This document shows, piece after piece, positions 12,891 to 25,819 of a stretch of DNA of 64,000 bases. A program made the translations under genes and the position numbers. Under the pieces are notes generated by a model. It saw nothing but the letters and a program-made list of their open reading frames with translations. It did no database searches and had not been told where the DNA came from. The stretch is from Malacoraja senta (Eukaryota): positions 4,838,001 to 4,902,000 of the forward strand of contig CM075994.1 in the NCBI GenBank assembly GCA_038087875.1. The letters run 5' to 3'. Within the stretch, counting starts at the first letter, position 1, and every line of letters begins with the position of its first letter.

Positions 12891-14914
12891 GTATTTGCAG
12901 AATGGAAACAATAGAGACAACACTCTGAATCACACACCTCTTCAATTAGTCACTCATCCCTTTCAATCTCCGAGGCTACCAAGGTCGCTCCCGAACAATG
13001 GCCAACGGCTCCGTAGCGCCTGTAGCTGGGCATCTTTCTCATACAATCGCGCAATCTTTCCAATCTAACATTCAATCGCTCTATTCAATCGCACTATTCA
13101 ATCGGGCACCCGAATCTTTTATCAGTTTCATCTCATTCACAACCACTCATCCAACTCCCAGCCTGTAAACAGCTTCGGAAGAATTCAGTCTCCAGACTAA
13201 GGTGCATCAATTATACATTTTAGTAGGAATCTCTCCCACTCAAAATACTTCAATTTAACATAGACAAATAAACCCAAACCATGGAAGCAAAACTATACCC
13301 AAGCAAGAAACTATAACACCTATTATATGTAAACAGAAACACACTTCAATGGAAACTACAAGCATTCGATTACTATCACAAGTAAATCACAAACTACTTT
13401 AATTCCTCCTCGTGCTGTGCTCGATCAACGGAACAATCCCAACCAAACCATTTTTTAAATATTCTAACATTCAAAATCATTAAACAATTTACTATCAATA
13501 CAATGAAACAATTTACAATCTAATCACCTCACGAATGTATCTTACAAGGAAAAAATATGTATACACAATTTAAATCTGAAAAATAAATCTGTACACTTGG
13601 ACGTTACAAAATTCTATTTCAGGTAATGCAACAGACGATAAGCACAATACTATAATGACAATCATTCATTCATTAACTGTACATTTCCAAAAGCAAATCA
13701 CAATATTTTAATCCCGCGTCGCGCTGCTACCAAGCAGGGAACCTCTCCCTCCGATAGAGAAAACTTTCCCCTCCTAGGGTACTCTGTGCTGAGTGGTACT
13801 CTTTTTTCATTAGATAATCTTTAGGTACTTTTTCCTCACACCAAATGCTTAGACTTAGGGGGTACGTTAATCGTCAGGTTACTCTTTACTAAAAAACATT
13901 TTTCACTTCTCAGTTACTCTTCGCTATCAGGTACTATTCAACAATCAATCAGAGGGGTTACGAACTCCAGCTTGATCAGCCACGATTCGGAATCATTCCT
14001 GCACATTATTTATACGAACTTCGAAGTTTTATTATAATACACAGATTACGCCGTTAAGGAATATGCGCACGTTATAGTCCAGCACCTCAATGTGAGATTC
14101 TGAATATTATTGACTTTAAATCGAAGAATTTCAACTCGCCCTGCTCTGACCAATTAGCTTTTTGATGCGTAACTCGACGTACACAAATTCCAATTACAAT
14201 TTAGTTCGGATATAGAATTCTCGAATGTATTATAGTTTTTTCAACCAATCTATACTCTAATCACCGAGTGCCCGATACCTTCACGATACTCCACCCCCGT
14301 CCTTTCAGAGATCTATATATTTTCACACAGGCCTGTACTTTAACCAACATAGGCTCACCCTTTCAAAAAAGGCTTCCTCACATCCATCTGCTTGGCACCG
14401 GGAGTCCGCACGTAAAATCTTGATGCTGGCAGTCGATGCCGATTTTTGGAGCGCGTGTCCGATCTACGCCCTAGGAACGACGCAGTGTTTAGCCGCTTAG
14501 CACTGTTACACCCAGCTCGTCCTTAAATATCCAGTCAATTAGCGACCCGATCTGAGCAGGGCCTCGAACCTATAGGGTTTTTTTCGGAACATAGTCTGTG
14601 TTTTTTTTTATCAGCAGCTGCATCTGCTGACTATTACGAAGTTTCATGGGTCATTAACCCAAAGGAAAGGGCCTTTAACCCAACCCTAGCAGACCTACTA
14701 ACCCTCAAAGGTACATTTGACCACAGTGCTTGCTAGACTCTGTTCTACGATCTCATTGGGACCTTTTCTCAAGCCCGCGAATGATCAATCTGCTCCGACA
14801 AGCGAAGTGATGAAAACCGATGCGAAAACCGCACCGTGGCGCCGATTTCTGCACTCGCGATCGGGAGCAGCGCAACATCCTTAATCGCAAGCTTGTGTTT
14901 GGGGGTCCTTTGAG

Positions 14915-14932
14915 ATCCCGGACGAGCCACCA
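14915..14932 (-). promoter_or_regulatory. Primer binding site, tRNA-Pro
   Basis: Minus strand TGGTGGCTCGTCCGGGAT just inside the 5' LTR; 17/18 match to the canonical Pro PBS TGGGGGCTCGTCCGGGAT. Confidence 0.9.
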
Positions 14933-14933
14933 A

Positions 14934-15711
14934 TGTAAATACGCTCTTCTAAAGCTTATCACCCTAGTCTACTTCAGTAAAAAACTGGAACAACTAAACT
15001 TTATATTTAGATTGAACAGCAAAGTCCCTAATACGATACATAAAACACCGCGTGTTCGATCCTTGTCTCTGCCTGGGCAAGCTCTTCAGCCTCGTGCAAG
15101 TAGACACACTACAAAAGGCCAAGCGCTCCTCCTGCAGATCGAGAACGGAGCTATTGGGGGTTGCCTATTATAGGTCCACGTCTCTTGAGGGACCGAACAA
15201 CATAGTGGTGGTCTCTTTACAGTCCAATCAAACATATTACTTACATCAATACATTATTGACGGATCCCCAAACGAATTTTACAGAGTCTTCCATGCATTG
15301 ATTCTTGGAGATGCTTCTGGAAGGAAGCTAACTCAACTGAATAATGCAATATTTACCATGGAACCCAGAACAACCGTTTCAGGGCTTAAGAATTTGGCCA
15401 ACCAACAAACAGCAGGGTAACTGTCTTGCAACATTACTTACATTATTTACAATTATTTTGCAGCAATCCAATAAATTTCATGCATTTAAAATTATTTGGA
15501 GGTCTTCTGCAAGAATCTCATTCATACTAACAATGGAAGATACACTCATACATTTCTTATCTGCGACATTCATCTGTGTCCTAGACATCCTGGCACCATT
15601 GAGCAGTATTTCTTTTTATATACAGAAACCCAGACCTTACCAAAATGTCCTTGCAATGTATGAATCCTAATTTTTGGTTCTATTCCTGCTCCTTTCTGGC
15701 CAGGACTTACA
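14934..15711 (-). repeat. 5' LTR of ERV
   Basis: Colinear homology with 7356-8159 (e.g. gttcgatccttgtct, cttcagcctcgtgcaag, tgcaagaatctcattcatact); visibly diverged. Confidence 0.9.
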
Positions 15712-15935
15712 CTCTCAGCACCGACCGTTGCGGAACTCTACCGGTCACTGTCGGGCAATATAAAATAAACTTTTCATTGCCACACTTTGTCTTCAACCAT
15801 CCAGCCAACCTGTTATCCATGCTAGCATAACCTTTTGATATCGTGCGCTCTCAGATTCCAATGTAGCCCCGTGTGGCGCCTATCAAAGGCTTTCGGAAAA
15901 TCTAACATCGGAACATCTACTCACTCTCGTTTGTG
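15712..15935 (-). mobile_element. CR1 fragment, continuation of 6410-7355
   Basis: cagcaccgacc..., tatcaaaggctttcggaaaatcta matches the CR1 RT region. Confidence 0.65.
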
Positions 15936-16658
15936 GAATCAAATCGTAGATTCAGCAACAGGCTGAGCACCCCAACATTAGGTCCCCTGGCCTCAAATGC
16001 TCTCTTTGACTTCCGCATTCTAAACAATAGTGGAGAAGCTCAGAAACCTTGGTGATCATTCCTCATATATCATATGGCTCCGTCAACGAGCACCCAGGTT
16101 GCTTCCCAAGAAACATCACTAGAAGTTGTTATTGCTTTGCTAAATGTTCAGAGTCTCCTATATTTCTGGAGCGAGCCAGCATTATCAGATTGTTGAGCGA
16201 ATTATTACCGGTAAGTAAATTTCAGATTTTGTGAACAATGTTCGGAAATTATATTTGTATCGCGAATTAGTACATTATTCTGCTTGCCAATAACACTTTT
16301 TTGGAATCTAGATGGTTGATGGCTCTTTTCCATGTAACCCATTTATCGATAGTTGTTGAGTAATAGAAGTATACTTTTTTTAATGATAAAGCTATTGTTG
16401 CTACGGAGAGAAGATGACTTGAAAAGCAATCTTTTCTGTTGCTGGTAACCAACGTGTCAAGCCTAAATTTCAGATTAGGATATATTACAATTTCTATCGC
16501 AATATTAATGCTCACCGACATCTTTGCGAAGATCCTCGTTCTCTATCCAATGCATGAAAAATGAAAAATTATATTCACAAAATTAACGAATCTTTGTAAT
16601 ATTTCATCATTGAGAAACGAACTGTTCTTTAAATGTTTGAATCGCCTAAAACGTAGAG

Positions 16659-16887
16659 TGTAGCGGCACCAGTGGTTAAGCTATGTTATGCTGATCCCTC
16701 GTCAGAAGTCGGGGCTATCACGTGACAGGGTTTTTCGAGGGTCTGTTAGTTTGGAGGTGTGTTCAGTTAGCCAGTGCTCTTTGCAACGACAAGAACTACA
16801 AACCGTTTCTCTCGACTAAGTGCACGTGTATTTGAAATGCTTTTATGAAAATAAAACTATTTGCTCTACCAGCTTGGTCTCGTCACA
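16659..16887 (+). repeat. 5' LTR of Gypsy element
   Basis: Direct repeat of 21409-21620 starting tgtagcggcacc. Confidence 0.9.
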
Positions 16888-19800
16888 ATTGGTGACCCAG
16901 TCGATCCAAAAAGTTTATTTTGGATGGTATTCTGGACTAACCAGTTTACTTCGATGTCAATCTAGCCCAGCAGAACGCAGTTTCGCAAAACCTGCCGTTT
17001 TCTGTACGGCAGAATCTGACTTATGGTTTCAACACATTGAAGCTCAATTCCATGTTCGCCACATTATCGTCATTTTCAACAACCACCTGCCGAGAGCAAG
17101 TACGAGGGCCTTAAGACATTTCTATTGCGTACTTTTGGGCTCAGCCGCCGCGAAAGGGCCTCCAGGAACCTGCACCTGGATGGCCTTAGTGACCGAAACC
17201 CCTCTCTAAAGATGATCGAAATGCTCTCACGAATGGACGGTCATCGGCCTTGCCTTCTCTTTGAGAAGGCGTTCCTCGAACAGATGTCGGACGACATCCG
17301 ACTGTTCCTCGCCTCTAGTGATTTCAACGACCGCCAGCATTTAGCCGAAAGAGCGGACGTGCTGTGGCTAGCTACGTAGCAGGATTATGCTTCCATCCGT
17401 CGGACGTCTGCAGCTCCGCGTCGTCCTCGACGGCAGTTTCCAACTTCCACCGACAGCAGCGCGCAGCAAACGGCAACAGCGGATACCGGTAAGCGTTCGT
17501 GGTGTTGTTACCACCATCACTGAGATGCTGATGGCGGCCGATGCCTTTCTCCTTGCCAGCAACCGAGAATAGCTGCGGCCTATCGCCAGTAGAGGCTATC
17601 GCGGTCGGCCAGAATAATCGTCTCAGATCTGGGACCGTCGTTCCGGGCTCCGGTTCCTTGCGACACGGGAACAGAGATCAGCATATTACCTCCGTCCGGA
17701 GTGGACACCCGTTCAGGTAAGCATGACCCTAACCGCCGTCAATGGCAGCACCATCCGGACAGAAAGAGTCCGCACATTTCCGCTTATTTCCGTCTCCTGA
17801 CATTTCACGTGGCCGTTCACCTTCGCCGACGTCTGCCAACAGTGTCTACTCTCTGTTCGTAGAAGATAAGGGGCAACGTCTCGAACAATCGGAGACCCTC
17901 CAATCAAACTAATTGCGGCCTGCGGTGCCGAACTCCCTACACCGCGATTCGGTGTCGTGAGATGACAATGTATATGCACAAAATCCGGCCGATTTCTCCG
18001 ACATCCTGTCTCATCAGTACAATTCGGCTAAACACAAACACGGCGTCGGCACCACATTCCCAGCACCGGCCGACGGCAGCACGCAAGGGCACGCAATCTC
18101 CCGTCTGACAAGCTGCAGCTTACCAAGGAGGAATTCCAGCAAATGGAAGAGATGGGTATTGTGCGGCCCTCCGCATACCATGGGCCTACGCACCACATTT
18201 GGTCCCCATAGCGTCCGGCGGCTGCAGACATGCGGGGAATCCCGCCGCCTCACCAAATACACGACAACCGACCGCTACCCTGCCCCTCACATACAAAAGT
18301 GCACGGCCCATATGTACGGGGCGAAATACTTTTCCAAAATTGATCTAGTGCGCGGCTACCACGAGATCCCTGTCCACCCGGATGGCGTGCCCAAACCGCC
18401 ATTATCACCACTCTCGAACTATTTGAATTTCTGCAAATGCCTTTTGGCCTCAATAAACGCCGCCCAATCTTTTCGGCGGCTTATGGACATGGCCGGCCGG
18501 GTGTTATATTTTTATTCATCTACCTCGATGACCATCTTGTCGCCAGGCGATCTCTTCAAGCGTGCTGTGCGCACCACCGCTTACTTTGCCAGCGCCTCAA
18601 TGACCATGGCCTCGCCATTAATCCAGCCCACTGTCAGTTTGGCCTTATCTCGCTTACCTTTCTCGGTCATCATGCCACCGTACATGGACCAATCCCGCTC
18701 CCCGCCAAGGTGGGACCATTCGACAGTTTCTCGGCCAGCCACATTGAAGGTTCTCCAGGAGTTCGTTGGTATGATAAACTTGTACCGTCGTTTCCTACCT
18801 GCGGCGGCCGGATTATTCGAACATAGTTTAAGTGTCTGGCAGGCAAGCAGCGGGATGTGGTGTGGGATGTCGAAACCAAGGCCGCGTTTGACAGCGCGAA
18901 GAGCAATGCAAGAGCGGTAGGGACATTGGCCTTTGCAAGCTTGTGCATCCGCGGGCCAATGTCCCTACCGCTCTCACAATGGACGCTTCTGACACTGGAG
19001 TTGTGGGAGGGGGTGACCTCCAACGACTGATTGACTATCGCTTGCAGCCACTTGCCTTTTTCAGCCGACGCCTGCGACTTCCAGAGAGAAAATACAGCGC
19101 GCTCGATCGTGAGCTCCTATGCTTCTAACTGCTGTCCGTCATTTCCCTTATTTCGCCTTACCTTCGCCTTCGTTAAAGTGTCCGATCCCTGGTCCGCATG
19201 GCAACAGCGACAATAGAAGTCCATTTACGGTATCCAACACGTGGCGGATAAGAACACCTTAGTTGCTGACGCCTTGTCCTGTACTGCCTTCAATGCCCTT
19301 CTGTATTTAGCTCCGGTAATCAACTATTCAAGCCTGGCCACCGTACAACGGGACGACGACGTGATGCTATCATGTCGCACTGGCATTTCAGGTTTGATTC
19401 TGGAGGACATCCCGCTTGGATCCACTGACATCGCCGTCCTCTGCGATGTCTCCATTGGGCAACCGCGACCCATTGTCACTAAAGCTTGGCGACGTCGTAT
19501 TTTTGATTCAGTACACGGGTGAGCCCATGCTTCTATCCGGGCAACTATAGCGCTGATGGCGGACAAATCTGTGGCACGGGTACGTAAGCAACTCGGTTCC
19601 TGGGCCAGCGCCTGCGTCCACTGCCAAACATCCAAAGTCCAACGTCACGTAAGAGCGCCTCTGCAGGATGTTGCCCTCCCACAATACCGTTTCGACTACA
19701 TCCACATCGATCTACTGCGCCCCCTGCCGCCGTACCGCGATGTCACCCACCTGCTCACTATTGCGGAGCGGTTTAAACGACGACCCGATGCCGTTCCACT

Positions 19801-20015
19801 CGCAGATACCTCAGCAGCAACATATGCACGTGCACTCACAGTCCACTGGGTTGCTCGTTTCCGTGTTCCAGCGGCCATCCCGTTTAACGGGGCTGCCCAG
19901 TTCACCTCTGCACTGTGGTCGGCATGGCCCAACTGCTCGGCGCTCAGCGGCACAACAAAACGGCAGACCACACTCAGTCCTACGGTATGGTGGAACGGTT
20001 GCACCGGCTCCTGAA

Positions 20016-20782
20016 GTAAAGTCGTCAAGTCAAGTCACTTTTATTTGTATAGCACATTTAAAAAAACAACTCTCGTTGACCAAAGTGCTTTACATTGGAG
20101 GAGGTACTAACGTTATACAACAGAGGTTCATATATTTACTACATAAATAAATACATACATATAGCCCTCCTTCAGAGGACGTCAATAAAGGCTTTAGAGT
20201 AAAGATGAGTTTTAAGTCTCGACTTAAAATAGTCGATGGAGGGGGCAGTTCTGACGAGAAGATGGATGCTGTTCCACAGTCTAGCAGCTGCAACCGCAAA
20301 GGCCCTGTCGCCCCTGAGCATATGCCTAGACCGCGGGATGTTCAGTAACCCCAAGTCGGACGATCTGAGGGACCTGGAGGTGGTGTGGTGGGTAAGCAGA
20401 CTTTTGATGTAGGTGGGGGCAAGCCCGTTAAGGGCTTTGTAAACATAAAGAAGGATTTGGAAATGTATTCGGAACCGCAAAAGGAGCCAGTGGAGAGAGG
20501 CCAGAATCGGGGTGATGTGGTCCCTTTTTCGGGTGCCCGTCAGGAGTCTCGCTGCGGCGTTTTGGAGCAATTGCAGGCGGGACAGAGAAGATTGACTGAT
20601 GCCAGTGCAAACGGAATGCAGTAAACGAGGCGGGAGGAGATAAATGTGTGGATGATATTTACGAGGTCGTAAAATTGGAGGATTTGTTTTATTTTAGCTA
20701 TCGTCCGACGCTGGAAGAAGCTAGCTTTACCACGGCATTGACATGTTTGTCAATTTCAATGCTGAGTCAAATATCACGCTAA
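20016..20782 (-). mobile_element. L2 LINE 3' fragment inserted in the Gypsy integrase
   Basis: ORF LQNAAARLLTG..DHITPILASLHWL..FKSRLKTHL; (gactt)n tail on the minus strand; same family as 58120-59146. Confidence 0.9.
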
Positions 20783-21408
20783 GTCGTCCTCGAAGTCATG
20801 ACTCACGGGCCCCCATTGGTTGGATGAATTGCCGTGGGTTTTGCTGGGGATCCGCCCTCCCCTAAAGAGGATTTGGCTACTTCATCCGTTGCGTTAGTGT
20901 ATGCTTCCCCGGTAAAGCTACCCGGCGCTTTCATTCCAGCGACACGTGGGCAGCATGTACCCACTTTATCTGTGCTCGTGCGCTTTTGCCAGCAGGTCAG
21001 CAAGCTTGGCCCTGTCTCGAACTCTCGCCACGGATTTGCTGCTCCCCATGTCCCGCCTGCTCTCAAGGACTTTCAATTTGGTATTATTCGCAAGGATACG
21101 CAGCGGACCCCGCTGCAGCGCTCTTATAAGAGTCCCTTACGGGTTTTGCAACCTGGCATCGCGACATATGTTCTGCACATCCGGACCCGCATGACGTCGT
21201 TTCGCTGGCCATCTTAAGGCTAATCATCTCGATGTCGATCTCCCGGTTCTGGTGGCCCAGGCCCGAAGTAGAGGTCGTCCGCCGTCCCTCCAGCACCCAC
21301 CTTTGCCTACGCCAGAACGCCTTTGGTCACTGGTCCTGTGTTCTCGCGGTCCGGCCGCCATATTCTGAGTGCCGCCCGTTTTCATTCCTCTGTTTCTAGG
21401 CGACGTCA

Positions 21409-21620
21409 TGTAGCGGCACCCTGTGTTAAGCCTACGTTATGTCGGGGCTCTAATGTGATAGGGTTTTTCGCAGAGGTTCTGAGTTAGGAGGTGTGTTCAG
21501 TTAGCTAATGCTCTTTGCACCGACAAGGAATAAAAACCCTTCTCTCGTCTAAGTGCACGTGTATTTCAAATGCCGTTTTGTTAGTTAAACTATTTGCTCT
21601 ACCCGCTTGGTCTAGCTACA
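21409..21620 (+). repeat. 3' LTR of Gypsy element
   Basis: Direct repeat of 16659-16887. Confidence 0.9.
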
Positions 21621-21849
21621 AGATTACAATTACTTATATTTCATAGTTGACCATTTGCTGTTAGATTTTATTCCTCTTTGTTTTTGTTTATTTCAGTTTC
21701 AAGTTTGATAGCATAAACTGATTTGTGGAAAACCTATCGCTTATTCCAGCGGAATATTACAGCAACCTAAGTAAAAAATAGATATTTATCGTCAGCAGTG
21801 TAAATAGTCAAAATTCTCTTTAAGCTACTTAATAAGTGCAAATGGGAAA

Positions 21850-22125
21850 AGTGGCGTAGCGGTAGAATTGCAAAATTACAGCACCAGAGATCCGGGTTCC
21901 ATCCTGACTATGGGTGTTGTCTGTACGGATTTTGCATGTCTTCCCTGTGACCACGTGGGATTTATCTGGATACTGCGGTTTACTCCGGCATTCAAAAGGC
22001 GTAAAGGTTTGTAGATTAATTGGCTTTGGAAAGTGTCTCGTGTACGACAGAACTGGTGTACAACTTATCGTTGGTCGGCGCGGACTCGATGAACCGAACG
22101 GCCTGTTACCACGTTGCTACTCAAG
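21850..22125 (+). mobile_element. HE1/V-SINE
   Basis: gtggcgtagcggtagaattg..ccgggttccatcctgact head and V-domain-like block. Confidence 0.75.
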
Positions 22126-23181
22126 TTCAAGTTCGAATTTATTGTCGCATGAAACAACTGAGGTAGAGTGATATTTGAGTTGCTAAAACTAAAGCTGAAA
22201 CCTAGTAAATTTGAGAAGCGTGTCCGCGACACGTTAAAAATACGAATTGGGTTCATCGTCGTCTATTGTGGAAATACAGTTGGTCATTGTTAAATTTGAA
22301 TGCAGGGCACCGTGAATATCAAAACAAACGAAGCACCAGATTGTGCGTGCCTTCATTCTCTGGAAATCTGTGTCGACGAAAATGTAATGTATCATGTTTA
22401 CCCAATACTGAATTGACTTTTAGATCTCTGTTCTTTGAGAGCAAATAATTTGGTAAAATTAAATGTGTATAAAATGTATAAATGTATAAAACAATTCATG
22501 GGAATGTTTACTTCATGTGATTTCTATAGTTTCATCCCGATGCATCAAAAATGCTTTCGGATAATTCGTCCCTACATTCACGTATTTGAACTAGGTCTTC
22601 TCTAATTATAGTCACATGTGATTCCTGTCCTTGTTTACCCGCACTTATCCGCCCGCAACATTAAGATAACGTAAGAGCTGACACAATGCCACAAACTTTT
22701 CCGCAATTGATTGGCGTATGTAAAGATGCACATACATATATTTGGCATGTCATCGCATAATAGTGAAACATCTAATATTGCAAAATGTATTTTGTTTTAC
22801 ATACTTAATTGAAGATGGAGCACGAGTATGACAGTCCATTTGAAATAATTTTAAATGTAATGAAGACAAGTGACAACACCCACATGCGCTTTAACATTAC
22901 CTTTTGTTTTTGTACGCAGTAGAAGTTCTTATAATCGGAAAAACGAAGAAAATGCATTTGTTAATTATACGAATGTCAGGCCACTGCCAAAAAGCATGCG
23001 AATGCGGATAACTGCCAACCTTGTTCTCAATATTCGTAAAAACACGGAACCTCGACCTTCCTCTTCCAATGTCTACAATCCGTTCGTTACTTTACTAACA
23101 CTGAGAACAAGGTTGTTGTTATGGTATCATTTAGATCCATCGATCTCCCTACTATACCCTGACTCATCTCCATTTGTTAAT

Positions 23182-24242
23182 TTTAAGAAAGAACTGCTGG
23201 TGCTGGAAAACAATCGAAGGTGGACAAAAATGCTGGAGAAACACAGCGGGGAGGCAGCATCTATGGAGCGAAGGAATATGTGACGTTTGGGGTCTAGACC
23301 CTTCTTCAGACAGATGTGGGAATCGGGGTTGCGGGAAGATGAAATAAATAGGCGGAGAGAGTGGGATTGGGACAGTTCCAATGATGGGCGAGACCGGAAC
23401 CAGGGGCCACAGTCTTAGAATTAAGACTGGGGTGAGAAACAACTTTTTCACCCTGAGAGTTGTGAATTTGTGGAATTCCCTGCCACAGAGGGCCGTGGAG
23501 GCCATGTCACTGAATGGATTTAAGAGAGAGTTAGATAGAGATCTAAGGGCTAGTCGAATCAAGGGATGTGGGTAGAAGGCAGGCACGGGTTATTATAACC
23601 ATATAACCATATAACCATTACAGCACGGAAACAGGCCATTTCGGCCTTTCAAGTCCGTGCCGAACCCTTTTTTTAATTCATTTATTTATTTATTTATTTA
23701 TTTATTTATATTTTTATTTTTATTACTTCCCCCTAGTCCCATCTACCTGCACTCAGACCATAAAGTTATTGGGGACGATAAGCCTCGTTCACAATGAATT
23801 GCGGTGCTGGCTTGAATGGGCGAATGGCCTCCTCCTGCACCTATTTTCTATGTTTCTATGTTTCTATGATGTGGGAGAGTTGCGAAGGGGAGTGAAAAGA
23901 AGGAGAAAGAAGGGACTTCCTGAAATAGGGGAAATCAATTTTCATACCGCTGCGGTGTAAACTACCCAAGCGAAATATGAGGTGTTGTTCCTCCAATATA
24001 CGGTGGGCATCACTCTGGCCATGGAGGAGGCCTAGGACAGAGAGGTCGGATTCGCAATGGGAGGGCGGTTTGAAGTGCTGAGCCACCGCAAGATCAGGTT
24101 TGTTATTGCGATCCGAGCGGAGGGTTGGGCGTAGCGATCGCCAAGGCTACGCTTGGTCTCACCGATGTAGAGCAGCTGACAACCAGAGCAGCGGATGCAA
24201 CAGATGAGGTTGGAGGAGGTGCAGGCGAACATCTGCGGCACA
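23182..24242 (-). mobile_element. Penelope-like element fragment (GIY-YIG endonuclease plus terminal region), interrupted by CR1 pieces at 23370-23868
   Basis: Minus ORF FACTSSNLICCIRCSGCQLLYIGETKRSLGDR and RILEEQHLIFRLGSLH; terminal block homologous to 29345-29425. Confidence 0.85.
23370..23868 (+). mobile_element. CR1 3' end, itself interrupted by an antisense CR1 tail at about 23595-23764
   Basis: TRGHSLRI..FFTLRVVNLWNSLP and (ctatgttt)n tail; the inner piece starts with (ataaccat)n like 55274 and 62162. Confidence 0.8.
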
Positions 24243-25119
24243 TTAGTTTCGATTAGCATGTCCTATATTCCGACACTTACACTTTGGTAAGGAAATCTCA
24301 ACCACAGTCAGTACTTTTCGTTTCCATTAGAAAGTAAATATAGACAATAGACAATAGACTAAAGGTGCAGGAGTAGGCCAGTCGGCCCTTCGTACTTGTG
24401 AAGTCGTTTGAGGAACTAACGATCGCCGGTCGATCTCAGTTTACAGAATTCCAAGATTTAATCAACGTACACGCAGATCGCACCAAGTATTATGTTTCAA
24501 TCAGATTACAAAGAGGAAGGGATATTTCTGGCAATGGAAAACAATGTCGCATATACTCAGTACAGTTTACGATTCCGCTAACAGGAAGACATTACATATC
24601 ACTCTGCATGACGCAAATAAAACGTCGATTCTTCTCACAAACATATATGTGGAATCACTATGCAAAAATAATGCACTGTTCCTGTATCTATCCAGAACTT
24701 CTCATAATTTACGGAAAGCAGGCAATGAATCAACCGTATTTTGGGGGCACGCGCCCCCTAGAGAGAATACAGCTTTGCAGAGATTACCTATTTTAAGACA
24801 TGATCAAGACTAAATTGATGCCAGCCATCCGATGATCATTCTTCAATTGTCCGTTTGCTAGCTGTTTACCTTCATTAAAACTAACACATTATATAGTTTT
24901 TTTGTTCTCGTCTAAATATAACTGACATTAATGGGGAGTCTCGATCTTGCAAGAAAGGGCTGGACTGTTTTTACCTTCTTCATTTTTCGACGATACACCA
25001 GCATTTAGGCGTGCTATGCTGATCAGGCTATTACACATTATAACGTCTAACTAGCTCCCAACTACAAAGACATCTGGAGATTGTTGTCTTTGGACTGTTA
25101 TTAGATATATATGCGGTGC

Positions 25120-25810
25120 TGTAATGGCGCCGACCCCTGCAGTTCGCCTATCCTTTTTAAAATGTTGTCCCGTTTGCTGTGTTTTTTATATTATTTTTAA
25201 CTGTATATATTTGGGGGAAACATTTACATCTCTTCCCTGCACGGGAGACCCGACTTTTTCCCGGTCGGGTCTCCGTTGTCGTTGGGGCCTTGCACCGAGG
25301 AGCGGCCTCCAGCCGGAACGACCTGGAGACTCCAGTCGCGGAGCTGCGGATTTGTCATCGTGGGCGGGCCGACCTCGGAGCGTGGGGAGCTGAGGTGGCG
25401 CGCGGCTGCGACCAGACTTCGGGGTTTCGGGTGCTCCAGCTGCAGGCCTTTGGGCGGTGACATCTGGAGCTCGCGGATCCCTGGTTGGAGACCGCTGTTC
25501 GGAGCTCCCGCGGCGGCAGCTTATCCCGCCCGAGTTGCGACGCGGAAAACAGCCCAGAACGGGGCCTGACATCGCCCGGCGCTGCTTTAACGACCGGGGG
25601 ACATGCCATCGCCCGCCGGGGGCTCCAACATTAAGACACGGAGCAGGGCCTTACATCGCCGGCACGGCTTTAGAGGCCGCGGGGCTTACCCTCGCCCGGT
25701 CAGGAGGAGACTCACTGTGATGGATGACTGTTTGAATTGAGTTGGTTGTGTGTCTTGCATAATTGTTTCTTTTTGTTGTATGGCTGCAGAAACAAAAGTA
25801 TTGTATGCCT
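25120..25810 (+). mobile_element. GC/CpG-rich non-autonomous repeat, same family as 56055-56872
   Basis: Shared blocks atggcg.., ggagacccgac..gtcgggtctcc hairpin, gagcggcctcca.ccggaacgacctgg, and 3' gaggaga.tcactgtgatggatg..tgtatg.ctgcagaaa. Confidence 0.75.
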
Positions 25811-25819
25811 TCCCCAGCA

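Larger units (their letters stand above)
7356..15711 (-). mobile_element. Old, internally deleted endogenous retrovirus (class I, gamma/epsilon-like), tRNA-Pro PBS
   Basis: Two homologous ~0.8 kb LTRs with TG..CA ends, a PBS, a PPT, gag with a zinc knuckle and a retroviral integrase relic; no recognisable RT or env; no clean TSD. Confidence 0.85.
16659..21620 (+). mobile_element. Ty3/Gypsy LTR retrotransposon, CsRn1-like, decayed
   Basis: LTRs 16659-16887 and 21409-21620 (TG..CA); near-TSD agag/agat; Trp-like PBS TGGTGACCC at about 16890; gag WFQHIEAQF with a C-x2-H-x9-C-x3-C knuckle near 17500; protease DTG near 17660; RT FSKIDLVRGYHEIP and YLDD; RNase H DASD..PLAFFSR; IN CVHC..HIDLL. Confidence 0.9.

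Noticed and set aside
7351..15716. TSD for the Pro-PBS ERV
   Set aside because: The flanks ggccc and ctctc do not match convincingly; the insertion is supported instead by the interrupted CR1.
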